64,000 nt of DNA from Podarcis pityusensis (lineage: Eukaryota): NCBI GenBank assembly GCA_964106645.2, contig OZ067045.1. One strand, written 5' to 3'. The position numbers and the translations under genes are program-made. Every line of letters starts with the position of its first letter. Within the stretch, counting starts at the first letter, position 1. This document shows positions 36,490 to 49,430 of this stretch, piece after piece. Below the pieces are notes generated by a model, which worked only from the letters and a program-made list of their open reading frames with translations, was not told where the DNA came from and searched no databases.

Positions 36490-37560
36490 GGACTTGGCTC
36501 CTGTGAGTCGCGGGAAGTGTCGTTGTTCCGGGCGCCGCTTGGAAGTCGCTCCGGGGCCGCCGGGCGCGCCTTGGCCGGTCGGGGCGCCTCCTTAAGCGGC
36601 CGGCCCCGCCCCGGCGCTGCCCGGCGGGCGGGCGCTATGCAAAGGAGGCGAGCCCGTGACGCCGCGCGCTCCGGCGGCCGCGGCCAGTCGCAGCGCCCGC
36701 GAGCCCAAGTCAGCGAGCGCGGCAGGAGCGGCGGGCCGGGCGAGGCTAACATGGCGCTGGGCTGGAGCGGGCGGCCGCGCGGCGGAGGGGGCGAGGCCGG
36801 GGCGGCGGCGGCGGCGGCGCTGGTGGTGGCGCTGCTGTGCCCGGCGCCCGGCGCCGCTGCCCGCGCGGGCCCCCCCCGGGTGCTGGGCATGAGGCTGGAG
36901 AGCAGCGACCTGCCGGCGCCCGGCGCGGCCAGCTTCTCGCCCATCCAGGTGCTGGAGGGCGCCGAGATCAAGCTGCGCCTCTACGGGCTGGGCATGCACG
37001 CGCGCGTCTCCGAGCTGGTCTCCTTCTCCGAGGTGGGCCCGCTGGGCAACGCCTCCTCCTCCTTCTGGGGCGAGGCCGCCAACGCCACCTGCCCCGAGAA
37101 GACGCAGGACCTGGTGGTGCAGCCGCGCGCCGAGGAGAGCCGGGACACCTCGGCCCTGGTCTCCGTCAAGGTGCAGCTCCTGCGCAAGGCGGAGAAGTCC
37201 AAGCTGTACGTCCTGTGCACGCAGAGCGGCCCCGGGCAGCCCTGGCTGCCCCTGGAGGGCCGCGACGCCTTCCTGCAGGTGGTGGAGGAGAAGAAGCACC
37301 TGCTGCCCCTCTGGTTCCAGGTGATCCTCATCGGCTGCCTCCTGGTCCTCTCGGGCATGTTCAGCGGGCTCAACCTGGGCCTCATGGCCCTGGACCCCAT
37401 GGAGCTGCGCATCGTCCAGAACTGCGGCACCGAGAAGGAGAAGCGCTACGCCCGCAAGATCGAGCCCATCCGCCGGAAGGGCAACTACCTGCTCTGCTCC
37501 CTCCTCCTGGGCAACGTGCTGGTCAACACCACGCTCACCATCCTCCTCGACGACCTCATT
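36490..37560 (+). promoter_or_regulatory. CNNM4: CNNM4 CpG island (promoter, 5'UTR and 5' half of exon 1)
   Basis: Very high GC and CpG content, a GC box (ggccccgccccgg, ~36602) and GCGGGAAGTG (~36510). Confidence 0.85.
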
Positions 37561-38167
37561 GGCTCGGGACTGGGGGCCGTTGTGGCCTCCACCACGGGAA
37601 TCGTGATCTTTGGGGAGATTGTCCCACAGGCCCTCTGCTCCCGCCATGGCTTGGCAGTGGGGGCCAACACCATCGTGGTCACCAAGTTCTTCATGCTGTT
37701 GACCTTTCCCCTCTCCTTCCCCGTCAGCAAGCTCCTGGACTGCGTGCTCGGTCAAGAAATTGGCACCGTCTACAATCGGGAGAAGCTGGTGGAGATGCTG
37801 AAGGTGACGGAACCTTACAATGACCTGGTGAAGGAGGAGCTGAACATGATCCAAGGGGCTCTGGAGCTTAGGACCAAGACCGTGGAAACTGTCATGACCC
37901 CACTGCACGACTGTTTCATGATCAACAGTGACGCCATCTTGGATTTCAACACCATGTCTGAGATCATGGAGAGTGGCTACACTCGTATCCCCGTCTTTGA
38001 GGAGGAGCGGTCCAACATTGTGGATATACTTTACGTCAAGGACCTGGCCTTTGTAGACCCTGATGACTGCACCACCCTCAAGACCATCACCAAGTTCTAC
38101 AACCACCCTGTCCATTTTGTCTTCCATGACACCAAGTTGGATGCCATGCTGGAGGAATTCAAGCTGG
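36751..38167 (+). CDS. CNNM4: CNNM4 exon 1: signal peptide, extracellular domain, DUF21/CNNM TM domain, CBS1 and start of CBS2
   Basis: aacATGG start. Contains [60 protein letters not shown] and CNNM4-type [27 protein letters not shown]...[23 protein letters not shown]. Phase-1 donor G|gtaagg at 38167/38168. Head-to-head with LMAN2L, as in human. No exon 2 (KSHLAIV) found in the remaining 25.8 kb. Confidence 0.93.
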
Positions 38168-39327
38168 GTAAGGCAGATGGCTGTTAACCAGAAGGCTGGT
38201 GGTTTGGTCCACCCAGGGATGGCCGTGGGCAGGATTTCTGTGTTGCAGGGGGTTGGACTAGATGACCTTCGGGGTTCCTTCCAATTCTATGGTTCTGTGA
38301 AAGGGGGGAGGATGTGCATCTAATACTAGACTGGCGAAGTTAGTGCCCTTGTAGGGCCACCCCACACATTAATGTGGGAAACCTGGGTTTGTTACCTAGT
38401 GTATTCTCACCTAGGAATTTCAGCCAGTCACAGGTCTCCAGTGAGTGTCTGTATGACACTCGTGTGCGTTCTCATGTTGCATTTACAGCAGTGTGGGAAG
38501 AGGCTGAGTCTAGAATGGGCTGAGTTTGGTTGTCTTCTTGAACAGGTTATGTAGCCCAGTCCTACAAAGATTTACTCAGAAAAGCGGAATTGGCATTTCA
38601 TTCTAACAATTATCTTCAATTTTAGCATCAGCAAAACTCTGAAGTGGAGTAATGCTATTCACCCCCACCCGTTGTATGCTAGTATAAAACAGCCTTTATC
38701 TTATTCACACACACAAACATCAGATCCGTTTGAAACAAGGTCTTGAAAGCCCATTTTGGGGGGTTACATTGTATGTACATTTTTTCCATGTAGGGAAGCT
38801 ATCTAACAGGGATCAAATAGGATGAAAGTGAGAAATGAGATATTTCCCGCCTTGGAGCAGATTAGCTGGGTGAAGGGCTAAAAAATTACAGCTGATTTCT
38901 CTAGCATTAAACAAGAATCACTGAGAATCTGGGACTTGGGAAACTTAGTTGCAAAAGAAAAATATTTTTAAAGCTTTGAGAGTTGATAAGTGGGGAGGGC
39001 AGGTATATTGGACGCCCTCAGCGATTCAGCTAACTGCTGTGATGTTTTCCCCCATTTAAAATGCTTCAGTTCTTAGAGTTGTTGATACAGTTTCATTGCC
39101 AAAGGGATGTTTCCAACCATTTCTGGAGGAGTACCAGGAAGTCTAGATGTTAAGATGAAGTCAACCCTGCTTGATGCTGGAAGCTCTTAAAGCCACACTG
39201 CTAAAGCCTCAACCTGTGTGTTGCTTTGCAAAGACCCCCCACCCCACCCCCTGCTCCACCCCCGTTTCCCTCCTGGAGGATACAGTAATGTTTTGATTTC
39301 TTTGCAAAGCTCCACCGAGGCCCACAG

Positions 39328-39468
39328 GGTCTCTCAGTTGGTAGAGCATGAGACTTTTAATCTCAGGCTCATGGGTTTGAGCCTCCATGAGGAAAAGATT
39401 CCTGCATTGCCGGGGGTTGGACTAGATGATCCTCAGTGTCCCTCCCAACTCTGCAATTCTATGATTCT
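39328..39468 (+). mobile_element. tRNA-Lys(CTT)-headed SINE with CR1 3' tail
   Basis: ctcagttggtagagcatgagacttttaatctcagg...gggtttgagcc is a tRNA-Lys-like head, followed by gggttggactagatga...ccaactctgcaattctatgattct (CR1 end). Confidence 0.8.
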
Positions 39469-40103
39469 GTGAATCATAAAGACACGCTGCACCTCGAAAT
39501 TCTCCTCCACAAGCACCATTTCTCCTCATTTCAAAGGAGTTCAGCACAAGAAGATTGCACCCTGGTATTGCTGTTGTTTCCAACAATTAAACATGTTGAC
39601 ATGTATCAATAAGGAGAAAGGGGAAGGTTGCCTTTGGCTGGGGAGGGGGTTACCCTTATATGAATGTCTTCCTGCATTTGCAATCTAAACATGCCCTCAT
39701 GGGATGATGGTTGAAATCCTGCCGAAAAAGCGAAACTACTCAGTCTGTACGTGCATGTATTTTGTTGTTCTTCATTTCCTGCTTGAAGGAAGTGCATCTG
39801 CCCTTTTCTGCGCTGAGTCTGTGGGTGAAGAGCAAGCTAGCTGAGGTTTCAAAAGTACTTCAGAGTTCTGATGTGGTTAAATGCCATTGCAATGTTTGTA
39901 ACGTGGCAATGACCCTTTATAGCCAAAACACTGAACACCTCCTTTGGGTGGAAGAAGATTGCCTTTAAGACCAACTTTCGCCAAATTGGACCAAAAACCC
40001 CATCAGCCGCACTCAGTGCTGGCTGGAGATGGTGGGAGTTGTAGTCCAAAGCATCAGGAGGGCACCAGCTTGGCAAAGGCTGTTGTAGACAGTTGTTCTA
40101 AAC

Positions 40104-40369
40104 CAGGGGTCAGCAAGGTTTATTTTTCCTGGGCCGGATCGGTCCTGCGGAGATCCTCCATGGGTCGGATCGTGTGCCCGCCTGCGATTTTTGGCGTCTG
40201 CACAGACGCGATTTCTGGCACCGCAGAAGCGAGTCCCCGCGCTGTGCTGTGCTGCGCTGGTTTAGCACAGTGCGTGAGCGGGCGGCTCTGTTCAGGGATG
40301 GTTCATAGGCCGGTCAAACGACCTCCATGGGCTGCTTCCGGCCCATGGGCCTTAGGTTGGTGACCCCTG
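40104..40369. mobile_element. hAT (Charlie-like) MITE with 8-bp TSD
   Basis: CAGGGGTCAGCAA ... TTGGTGACCCCTG. TSD TTCTAAAC at 40096-40103 and 40370-40377. CpG-rich. Confidence 0.9.
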
Positions 40370-43300
40370 TTCTAAACAGTGTGCCGTGAGAGAATTAATA
40401 TTCAGTTGTTTAAATGCATTAACACTGAATTGTTTTTTAAAAAACAACAACAACAATTAAAGGCTTGGGTGAGCTCAATGTGCTTGTCTTCAGAGGTGAG
40501 GCTGCTTGCTGCTTCTCTGCATGATGCATTGCACTGACTTTGCCAGTTGCCACCTTCCAGTGGGGGTGAGTAACTACTTCTGCATTGGGTGTGATGGCAT
40601 GGCCTCAGAAGAGGTTACCCATTGCTTCTATGTGAACCATCACCTCTGTTCTAATTAGTTTGTATGGCTGGGGAGTTATTTTGCTGAGTACTGGTTTTGA
40701 CCTGGTCACTCATTCAGTCACTGCTGATGCAGAGATGATGCAGAATTGCTCACCCTCCAAGGAAGCTGCCCATTGTGTCCACTGCTTTGCAATGAGGAGG
40801 CAAACTGAGATCTGTGACTCATGCAGAACTACAGGATGTGAACCAACAGCACAGTCCTCAGATATATACTCGGCCCATTTAACACCCAGCCATGGCTTAA
40901 TATGATGAACATATTGTGGCTGCTTTGCTCCTGCACTGAGCTCAGCTAAGCTGTGCTTCAGCTCAGCGTATCATCCAAGCCCTGGCTCATAGGTTACCTC
41001 TCTCCAAACAAACCATGAGCTGTAACCAAGGCTTGCCCAGGTGAACAAAACCACAGGTCCAGGTTTCAGTGATATACTAAGCTTCTCTCCTAATTGAATT
41101 ACTCTAAAAGCTGAGATCGTCCAGCAGTCACCAGATTTGTGGTGCAGGAGTAGCCCTCCAGATGAAATTGGACTGCCTCTCCCACCTGCCCCAACCAGTG
41201 TTCAAAAATAGCCGGGCACCAGGCACAGTTTGCTACTGGAGTGGGACCAACTGTGGAGATTTCTGAGCACCAGATTGGCGACCACAGTTTAAAAATCTGC
41301 CTTAGTCCATAGTTCATGCCATTTCCATTTCCACTGTGTGTGTTTCTTCTCCGGTTGCATACTGGAAAAGTGAATTGTTGGAAGAGCAAGCTACAGTCAA
41401 GTTAGTTAAGATCATAGAATCGTATAATTGTTGCATTGGAAGGGACCCCCAGGGTCATCGTCCCAACTTCCTGGCGAATAGACATTCTGTTGTGGCGCCC
41501 TTAACCTAGATTTAGTAAGTTTCTAACAGTGGCCCCAACCAGCATGGACAGTGGTCAGAGCTGATGGGTGTTGTAGCCCAGCAGTATCTGAAGGGCACTG
41601 TGTTGGCTATTCTTGCCTTAAAATGCAAGAATCTGTCATGGGTGGCTTTGACCCTCTGCGTGAAAGTATAGTCTCATGAACTTTTCCCGCTGCATCTCTT
41701 GCTATGTTTGAGTCACCAGAAAGGCTCCCCAAAGGCACGGGGGATTCTGCTTCTTTTCAAAGGCCTAGGACTGAAAGACTTTAAAAGCTTTGTGTCTATA
41801 CTTTGTGGCAGACTGAAGACCTTGACACTAATGGTCTGAGCTGGCATGCTCCATTCTCAAAGGACTTAAACAGCTTGCACTCCAACTTTGGTGAGGGAAG
41901 GGAAAGTTGTCAGTTTGACTGGGATTATAGACCTCACACAGGGATAGTTTGGGAGACTGGGAACTGGTTCTGGTATATATAGAAACTTTTCAGGGACCAG
42001 AGGAGTTGAAGGAAGGGATCCACAGTCATTCATGGAACCTGAAGAAGCAGCAGATAGAGGACAGTGCTTAAAGTTGCAGTGCTAGGGTCTGGAGGGGTGC
42101 ATGTTTGGAGGCAAGGAGAGAGGAATGTTAAGAACAGTGTTAGAAACTGAGATATGAAAGCTAGGAGCTAAATGGCACTTTAAACCAATGTTATGGGTGC
42201 AACAACGGAATGTCTGGGCACGCTTTTTTATAACAAGAATACAAAGCTGAAAATGAATGAACTGCAGCTAAAATATTACGTTCATTTTTCACATGGTCTA
42301 GTCCTTTCCCTTTCCCTGCCCACCCCCCTAATATTCTTAAGAGGGTCTCTTTTCCAGTCTTCAGAGAGTTGCTGGAAGTGGGGAGGCAGAAGAGGGTCCT
42401 CCTTTCCTTCCACTCCGCAGTTTTAATCTGAAATCTTAGCCACAATACTGCGCCCAGAGCTCAGAAACTACTTGCACTAATGAAACTCCCTGTCGCAAAA
42501 TGTGCCTAGAACAAGGGGAATTTCGAACACTGGTTAAGAAGGTTGGTCAAGGGACGGGATGGCTAAAGGAAGTGGGACAGAGTGGCCGTGGCCAGAAAAG
42601 TAAGTGTCGGGGGGGGGGGGAAACAGTTGGTGGAGCTGGAGTGCCAAGAAGCGAGTCTGATTGGAGCATTACTACAGGGGTTCTCCGTTTGTGGACCACC
42701 AGTGGTCTGTGAGCTTCATTTAGATAGTACGTGGCATCGTTGTGTATCCCCATAGTAGCTGGGATGTGGAGGGATGCCTTTTGGATTTTCCAAGTTGGAC
42801 ACCAAAATGTCTTTGTATAGCTCTGGGAAAAGATGCCAGCTTGTCTGGGAGCATTTAGCTGGTACAAGAACCAAGCACTTAAAAATGAGCTGTTAAGGAG
42901 GACTTGAAACTGAGAATCTACTCAAACCGCCGTAGCAAATATCCTCTGTGGGCTGGAGGGGGGAGAGAGAGCACTGGCAAAAGGCAGAGGACAAGTTCAC
43001 AGATGGAGGGACAGCTCGCTAGCTGTAAATCGATGGGAGGAGCATGTGACAAGCGCCCGATAGCTCACCCAGCCCCAGAGGGCACATCAACAACAGATGA
43101 GGGAAAACAAGAAGAGACAATGGCTGTGGAAACCCAGAGCTTAATTTGAGCTAAAGCCCAGCGAAAGCTAGGCCCCATATCTTTCAATGCAGGCATGCAT
43201 TCCTGAAGCCTGTGAAAATAATACTCCAAGTGTAGAGCAATTAAGCATGAGCAGAGTATAATTCCCTCACCACATTCGGTCCCCTCTCCCAGTGTCTGTG

Positions 43301-46300
43301 AGAGGCAGGGAATGGCTTCCAGGGAGGATGGGTTGAAGAATAAGCGCTGCTTTGGGGATATATTTGCACCTCCAGCTGCTGCCCTTTTAGCATTGAAGGA
43401 GGAAAGAAAAAAGACCAGTGTAGAGGATTTTTTAAATCTCTGAAGGCAGGAGCAGCATATGCCCTGGGAGACCAGATCCTAAAAAGGCATAACACAAAAA
43501 GGAAAAGGGATTGGATGAGAGGTGGACGAGAGCAAACCCTGGCACTTGTTCTTGGTTGCAATGTTCAGCCAGCTGGAATGGAAAGAGTTAATGGAAGCAG
43601 AGGATCCAAAAGTTGCTGATCTCACAGCAGAGCTGGAAGAGTCCATGGGAGTAGCCATGGGGGGGGGGAGCTGTCCCCCAGTCAATAAATAAAATAAAAA
43701 TACATATCTAACTGAGGTTCTGCCCCCCTGACTACGCCCATGGAGGAGTAGTCCTGCTCCTCTTCTGCTGGTCTGCTATAGCTGCTTCTTGCTGTTGTCA
43801 CAATAAATAGTACGTAGATTTTGCTCAAGGCTGGGCCAAGGCTTGAATCTCCCTGGGTCGCACTTTTAGTTCGTTCTGGATCCCTATTGCTGGAAGCCAC
43901 AGGAAGGGCAAGAGCTCTTGTTGCTTTGGCGCTGCTTGCTGGTTTCCCGCAGGCATCTGGGTGACCACTGTGAGGACAGGGTGCTGGACCACATGGGCCA
44001 TTGGCCTGATCCAGCAGCACTCTCCTTATGATGTTCTTCCTTGCACAACACCAGTAGAATTCATCATTTACTGGTGCAATTCTTTGAAAGTTGTATTTTG
44101 ATTCAGACAAGAACAGCAAGCCATTCATAGTTACCCACACATAAGAGCCTATAGAAGAATACTGTGAACAGTCAGCAGCATCCCATCTTTCCTGTTCCTG
44201 CTCCAGACCTTACAATCCTAAAAAGCTTTCAGAGATCAGATTTTCTTTCCAGGTGCCATCATTTCTCTTAAGTGTCCAGAGGGATGCATGTCTGACTGCG
44301 TCGGTAAAGAACAACACACTCCCTCGTCCCTGTTTGGTGTTAGAGGTGACTACTTTCAGGAAGATCGGACTTTTGGGGTCTTCCATCCTGCAGATCTGGA
44401 GAGACATCCTTTGAATTTCTGGCTTGTCCAGTGAGGGTACTTGATAGGACTCAGTCATTGTTTTGTGGACTGTGGCTCTGCAATGTTCTCTTGCTCTCTG
44501 TGCTGTTTTGGGAGTGGCAGGGGAGATGAACCTTACTCTGCTTTTCAGGTCTTGTTTGCCTAGGGCTGTGTCTGCCTTGAATTGTAGGCATTACCCTCCC
44601 TCCCACCCCCACCTGAGGAGAACTTCCTGTCACTGCTGTGACCCATGGCCATCCTGCTGACACAGAGCTGGACTGCCCTCACTGCAAAAGAAATGGCCAT
44701 CTCATGGATGGCTTGCTGCAGGGGTCGCCAACATGGAGTTCTCCAGATGTTGGATCCTAGCTTAAATCAACCCCAGCTAGCACTGCCATTGGTCAGGGAG
44801 GATGGGAGCTGCTGCCAATAACATCTGGAGGCCACCAGGTCCACACTCTAAGGAGCAGTTGCAGCAACTGGGGATTCCTCACCCTCCACCCGTTTATGTA
44901 CCTTCCTCCAATGGGTTGAGTTCATGCAGCTGGAGATGACACCTTCATGAAAGCTGCTTCTGCTCTTCCCACTTCAATTCCCTCCTGGCTCTTGGAGACA
45001 GTGGTGCAGGAGAGGGTGGGGAGGCACTTGCCTGGCCTGCCTCTTCCTCCTCTTCCTCCAGCTCTGAAGCTTCTTCTGCCTCTGATTCTTGCTTCTTGGC
45101 TGGTACAGGTCCCCAGGGCACTGCTCTCCTCTCCTCTCCAGCCCCCCTCCCCCTGGTTCACACTTGCCAGCATCCTGCCAGTCCCTGCGAGTGGCTTGGC
45201 AAGAGTAGGAGTTGGTGCCAGAAGCAAGATTTGAACAGGGCTTTTGGCTTGAACTCCTAGTTGCAGTGCAGAGCTGCCTCTGAGCTGCTCATGGAACTTG
45301 GAGTTTCAGTGACTGATGATCCCGGAGTGTTCTGAGAACTTGAGGCGCTCTGTCCACAACCCCCACCCCAAGCTGGAGGGTATGTGGTACATCTAAATGT
45401 GCCACATGTAGGCCGTGTTACCTCCACCAGAGCCTCACTCCCAGATGGGTGGATTCCTCAGCCTCCTGCTCACCTGTTGCATCTGAGGGCTGACAAGCAG
45501 GGATGGACGGATGAGTTTATTTTTGGTCCATGGCTGCCAGGCTGCATTCTGCCAGGCCCTGCCCCCTCTGCCAGTCCCAAGGGTAGTCAGAGCCCTGTGG
45601 GTCCCTTTACTTTCAGAGGCCACCTGCTGAGCCCCATCTCTCATCAACCTTAACCCCTTCCTTTCCTTCTTCCAGCCTCTTTCTCTTGCAGTATCACCCA
45701 CTCTTCTCTCCTCCTTTCTGGCTTCCCTGACTTCAAAGCCATCTGCTCTACCTGCTTTCTCTCCCTCGGTTTGGGACCCTTCCAGGGAGATGCTGCCAGC
45801 TGCCTTTTCATTCTGTGGCTATTTCTGCTGTGCTGGGAGCCTCCTTTCTCAGAGGCTGATCAATCCTGCTGGCAAGCTGTGGAACCTGCTCCTCACACCT
45901 CCATTCATAAATCGGTTGGACCCTGGTTCTGTAGCAATCTGTGCATTTAAAAAAGGGGGGCAGAGAAAACTGCATTTCCCCCCTCAAAATATGCATCAGT
46001 CCACGGCATCTCCAGGTGCGGCCCCACCTGAAATCCCCGAGAGGCTCTCCACTCAGTAGAGACAGTGTGCAGCTAAAGGAACCAAATGGTCTGACTCTAG
46101 AAGTCTGTTCTGTATGGTACCATGAATATGGGGTGGGAGATAAAAAGGATGCTTCCCTACAAGCCCTTGCTTCAGATCTGGCCCTTCAGAGGCAGTAAAG
46201 GCCTCCAGTTGCTGGAAATCACAAGTGGGGAGAGTGGCTATTTATTTTATTGTTAATTATTTATTTACTTTGTATTCTGCCCTATACTCTTATATATCAG

Positions 46301-48156
46301 GGCTGGTCGCAACATAAAGTCACGACATAAAAAACAAAAAGTACATAATAAAAACAAAGACAACCCAATAGCCCCCCTTCCACACCACATTTTCAAAGGG
46401 CATCAGATGTCAACCAGCCCAAGGCCTGGTGAAAGAGGAACCTTTAAAGGTGTAGAACGAAGGTGGCAGCCGAACCTCGCTTGCCCTCAGTTCCTGCTTT
46501 CAGGCTCTATATAGGTCCCTGGTTGGCCGCTGTGAGACAGGATGTTGGACTAAATGGGCCCCCTTTGGTCTGACCCAGGGGCCAGTTCCTGTGGATTAGA
46601 TGGACAAATAAGTCACAGTGTGCAAACACCCTGCCCCCCCCGACTCAACCTTCCACATTCACACCATGCATATGATACCCCTTAAAACAATCATGGCTTC
46701 CCTCAAAGAATCCTGGGAACTCTGTGAGGGGGAAGAGGAGTCACCTAACCACTCTCAGTGCCCTTAATAGCTCCCAGGAGTCTTTGGGGGAAGCTGTGTC
46801 TGTTTAAAGTGGTATCATAGAGCTTTAAACATGCAGTGTGAATGTGGCCTCCCTGCACAATCCAGAACGTCAGTGTTTTGAGAGAGAGAAATGGAGCAAA
46901 ATCTCCTGTCCACTTTCTTCACCCCCTACAGGCCACCTTTGCCGCATCTTGCTTACACTTGGGAAGGTTTGGCCTCTTCGATCTGAGGATACTCTCCTCT
47001 TCTCTTGGCAAAGCTGAAAAGATTTGCCATTTCTGGTTGCCCTGAGAAAAGAACTGCAGCTGTCATGGGGTCTAGTTGGGTGGTTGCTGCTAACCCCTTT
47101 CAAAAGCATGTTTTGAAGGATATAGGATTAAACTGGCTCCTGCCAGAGCTGGTGCCTGTTACAAATGAGCTTAGCTCCTGCTTTCCTGCTGGGGTGGAAA
47201 TGTCATACTTTGGAACAGGATCCCCAAGAGTTTGTTAGGATCCCAAAATGTAAAATGAGAGCATGTATGTTTTGTGTGTGGTGCCCTAAGCCTACTTCAC
47301 ACAAAATGAGGTAGCTAAAAAGTGTGCCAGTTTGAGCTGCAGGTGAGAAGCATCTTATTTACTTAACATATTTTAATTACCCTGCCCTTGGGTTTTGCGA
47401 AAACTCCTAGGGCAGCTTACAATTAATTAAGACAACCAAGAAAAACCAGGGATCTTCTACATGCTAAACACCTGCTCTACAACTGAGCTGTTACCCTTCT
47501 TGAAGGATCACATTTTGCTTCCACAAATCTTTTTCCTGGTTGGATTTTAGTTGTCCATGAGCATTACATAAATATCACCACAAGTCATGGTTTATGCTAA
47601 CCAGGTTTGTTCATGATTCAGGTTTCCTGGATAACATCACCCCTTAGCTTCTAGCTGTGATTAAGGAGGAACTATGGCTGACGTTATGGCAGAAGTTAAC
47701 CTGTCTTTTGATGTAATGCTTTCCTGGCTAAGACTGGCCCCGGGCAATATGGGCCAGAGAGGAGTGTGGGTGGAGGAACTTAACTGCAGCTAAAAGTTCA
47801 GGCAAAACTTGTGGTTTCAGCCTTCTTGCTTGTGGCTGAACATCAGTTCCACTTTGCTCAACAGCAAATCAGCAGTAACAGCAGCCTGTAGAAAATGAAG
47901 TGAGTCAGCACTTTGAGGTGTGTGGGGTTTTTTTTGGTTTTTTGTTTTGGTAACTTTGCAGAATTACTGCCCACCTTCCAAGCGACTTATGCTGAGTCAA
48001 GCTGGGATATGGAAACTTGTAGCACATCTGCAAATATTAGTTGAGAGAGAAAGGGATGCTGGTTGCCATGGTGGGTGGAGAAAGCGGGGGGGGGGGGGAC
48101 ACGGACTTGTATGTTCCAAGGAACCAGGGTTAGGTTTCTTTGAGTTAGTGTCACCT

Positions 48157-49119
48157 TGTGTGGCGAGGTCCCTGGGCCCCGCAGCACCCTCCAAAATAAA
48201 TACGCAAACACAAGTAAATTGGGTTAATGGGATAAATAAGGCTGCAACTTTATTGGTTACAGATGTGAGCGGTTTGGCTTAGGCAATTGGGTGAAGCAAG
48301 ACTATATCCTGACTCCTGCCCAACTGCAGGAAGTCTCATAAAGGTCAACCACCGGAAGGGGGAACCTTATAATATACATCAATTAAGAGCACCCCCAGCA
48401 CCACAGTTGGGGTCATGGCATGACCCTAGCCCACACCCAGGCTTCGGACAGGAACCACACCCCCAGATCCCTTTAACGGGATCTTCTTCTTCTTCTTCGG
48501 CGATCACTCTTAGCCAAGTAAGATAGTCTTCCATAAAAACGGTTTTAGTAGTGAGTCCATAAGTAACTCTGGAGGCCAATTCTGGATCCACACATCCTTC
48601 CACAGTGGGGATAGTGGTTTCTGGGCGGGAGTTGATCAAGGTGTGGATTTGCCAAGCGCACCTTCCTCTTAACACGTTTCTTCCTTGCGTCCTGAGTTCG
48701 AGGGGAGGGGCAGGCGGAGGCAACAACCTCCCCTCCCATAATAAGGCTTACCCAATGCCTAGCCAAATGGCTAGTGCCAATTTTGCCAAGTGGAAAAATT
48801 CCTACCTGGCCCCACAACCAGGCGACCGACATTAGTCATAGCAAGGCCATAGTCAATCCACACAAGAAAAGAGGGTGGGCGGGCTGGGAGATCCTGAGAA
48901 TGGAGGCAAAAGGAAGCGGTTTCCCATGCCATGCCGCAATTTAAACAGTCGTAGCCACTCCCCCAGGCAAACCCGATTGGCCGGGCTGTGTGACGCAGCC
49001 GGGGATCCTGCTGACGTGGGCTGCGTTCCTCCACCCACTGCTGGGTCGCTGCAAGGACCTGGATTCCTGCTTACAAAGCAGCCCCCCCAAAAAAGGGGGA
49101 ACTGACTTCCCACCACACA
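48157..49119 (-). mobile_element. Putative solo LTR (~960 bp)
   Basis: Inverted termini TGTGTGGCG... / ...CACCACACA. AATAAA on the minus strand (tttatt ~48248) and CpG-rich. No exact TSD found. Confidence 0.45.
48482..48697 (-). mobile_element. RTE-clade LINE 3' end
   Basis: The minus strand encodes KKRVKRKVR...YPHCGRMCGSRIGLQSYLWTH, a decayed RTE C-terminal C2H2 finger (CPxCGRxCxSRIGLxSHxRTH), then a short UTR and a (GAA)n tail. Confidence 0.75.
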
Positions 49120-49398
49120 GTCCTGAAGTGATTTACAACAAGAATCAGGTGCATAAGCACCTCTGTATTTAAAGCCTATCAGAGTACAAACAGCCAAGGC
49201 CAGCTCTCTCTCCTGCCCCTGTCCCCTCAGATCTGAGGATGGGGCCGGAGAACCACGTAGCTGAGGGGACCCTCTCTGTCTCTGGCTTGTTCAGGCCTGA
49301 GGCGGATTTCTGCTATGTACCTGAAACTCCATTTCTGATGCCATCTGAGGCAACAGGTTTCTGAAGGATTCCCCCCTCTAGCATAGCTAAGAGACACA

Positions 49399-49402
<4 letters not shown>

Positions 49403-49430
<28 letters not shown>
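49403..49430. repeat. (TG)n microsatellite
   Basis: About 14 TG units read directly. Confidence 0.9.

Noticed and set aside
36388-36636. ORF-track start of CNNM4 at 36388 (599 aa), and the read-through KADGC* after 38167
   Set aside because: The 5' extension runs through promoter and poly-G sequence. The 3' residues are intronic, after the G|gtaagg donor.
28824-36751. Shared bidirectional promoter for LMAN2L and CNNM4
   Set aside because: The start codons are ~7.9 kb apart, with two separate CpG islands and TE-filled DNA between them.
36592-38127. 511-aa antisense ORF and other overlapping ORFs across CNNM4 exon 1
   Set aside because: Expected by-product of GC3-rich codon usage and the CpG island. 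No recognisable domain.
39328-39400. tRNA-Lys gene (also at 50400 and 57658)
   Set aside because: The stems are mutated and each copy continues into a CR1-derived tail, so these are SINE heads rather than functional tRNA genes.
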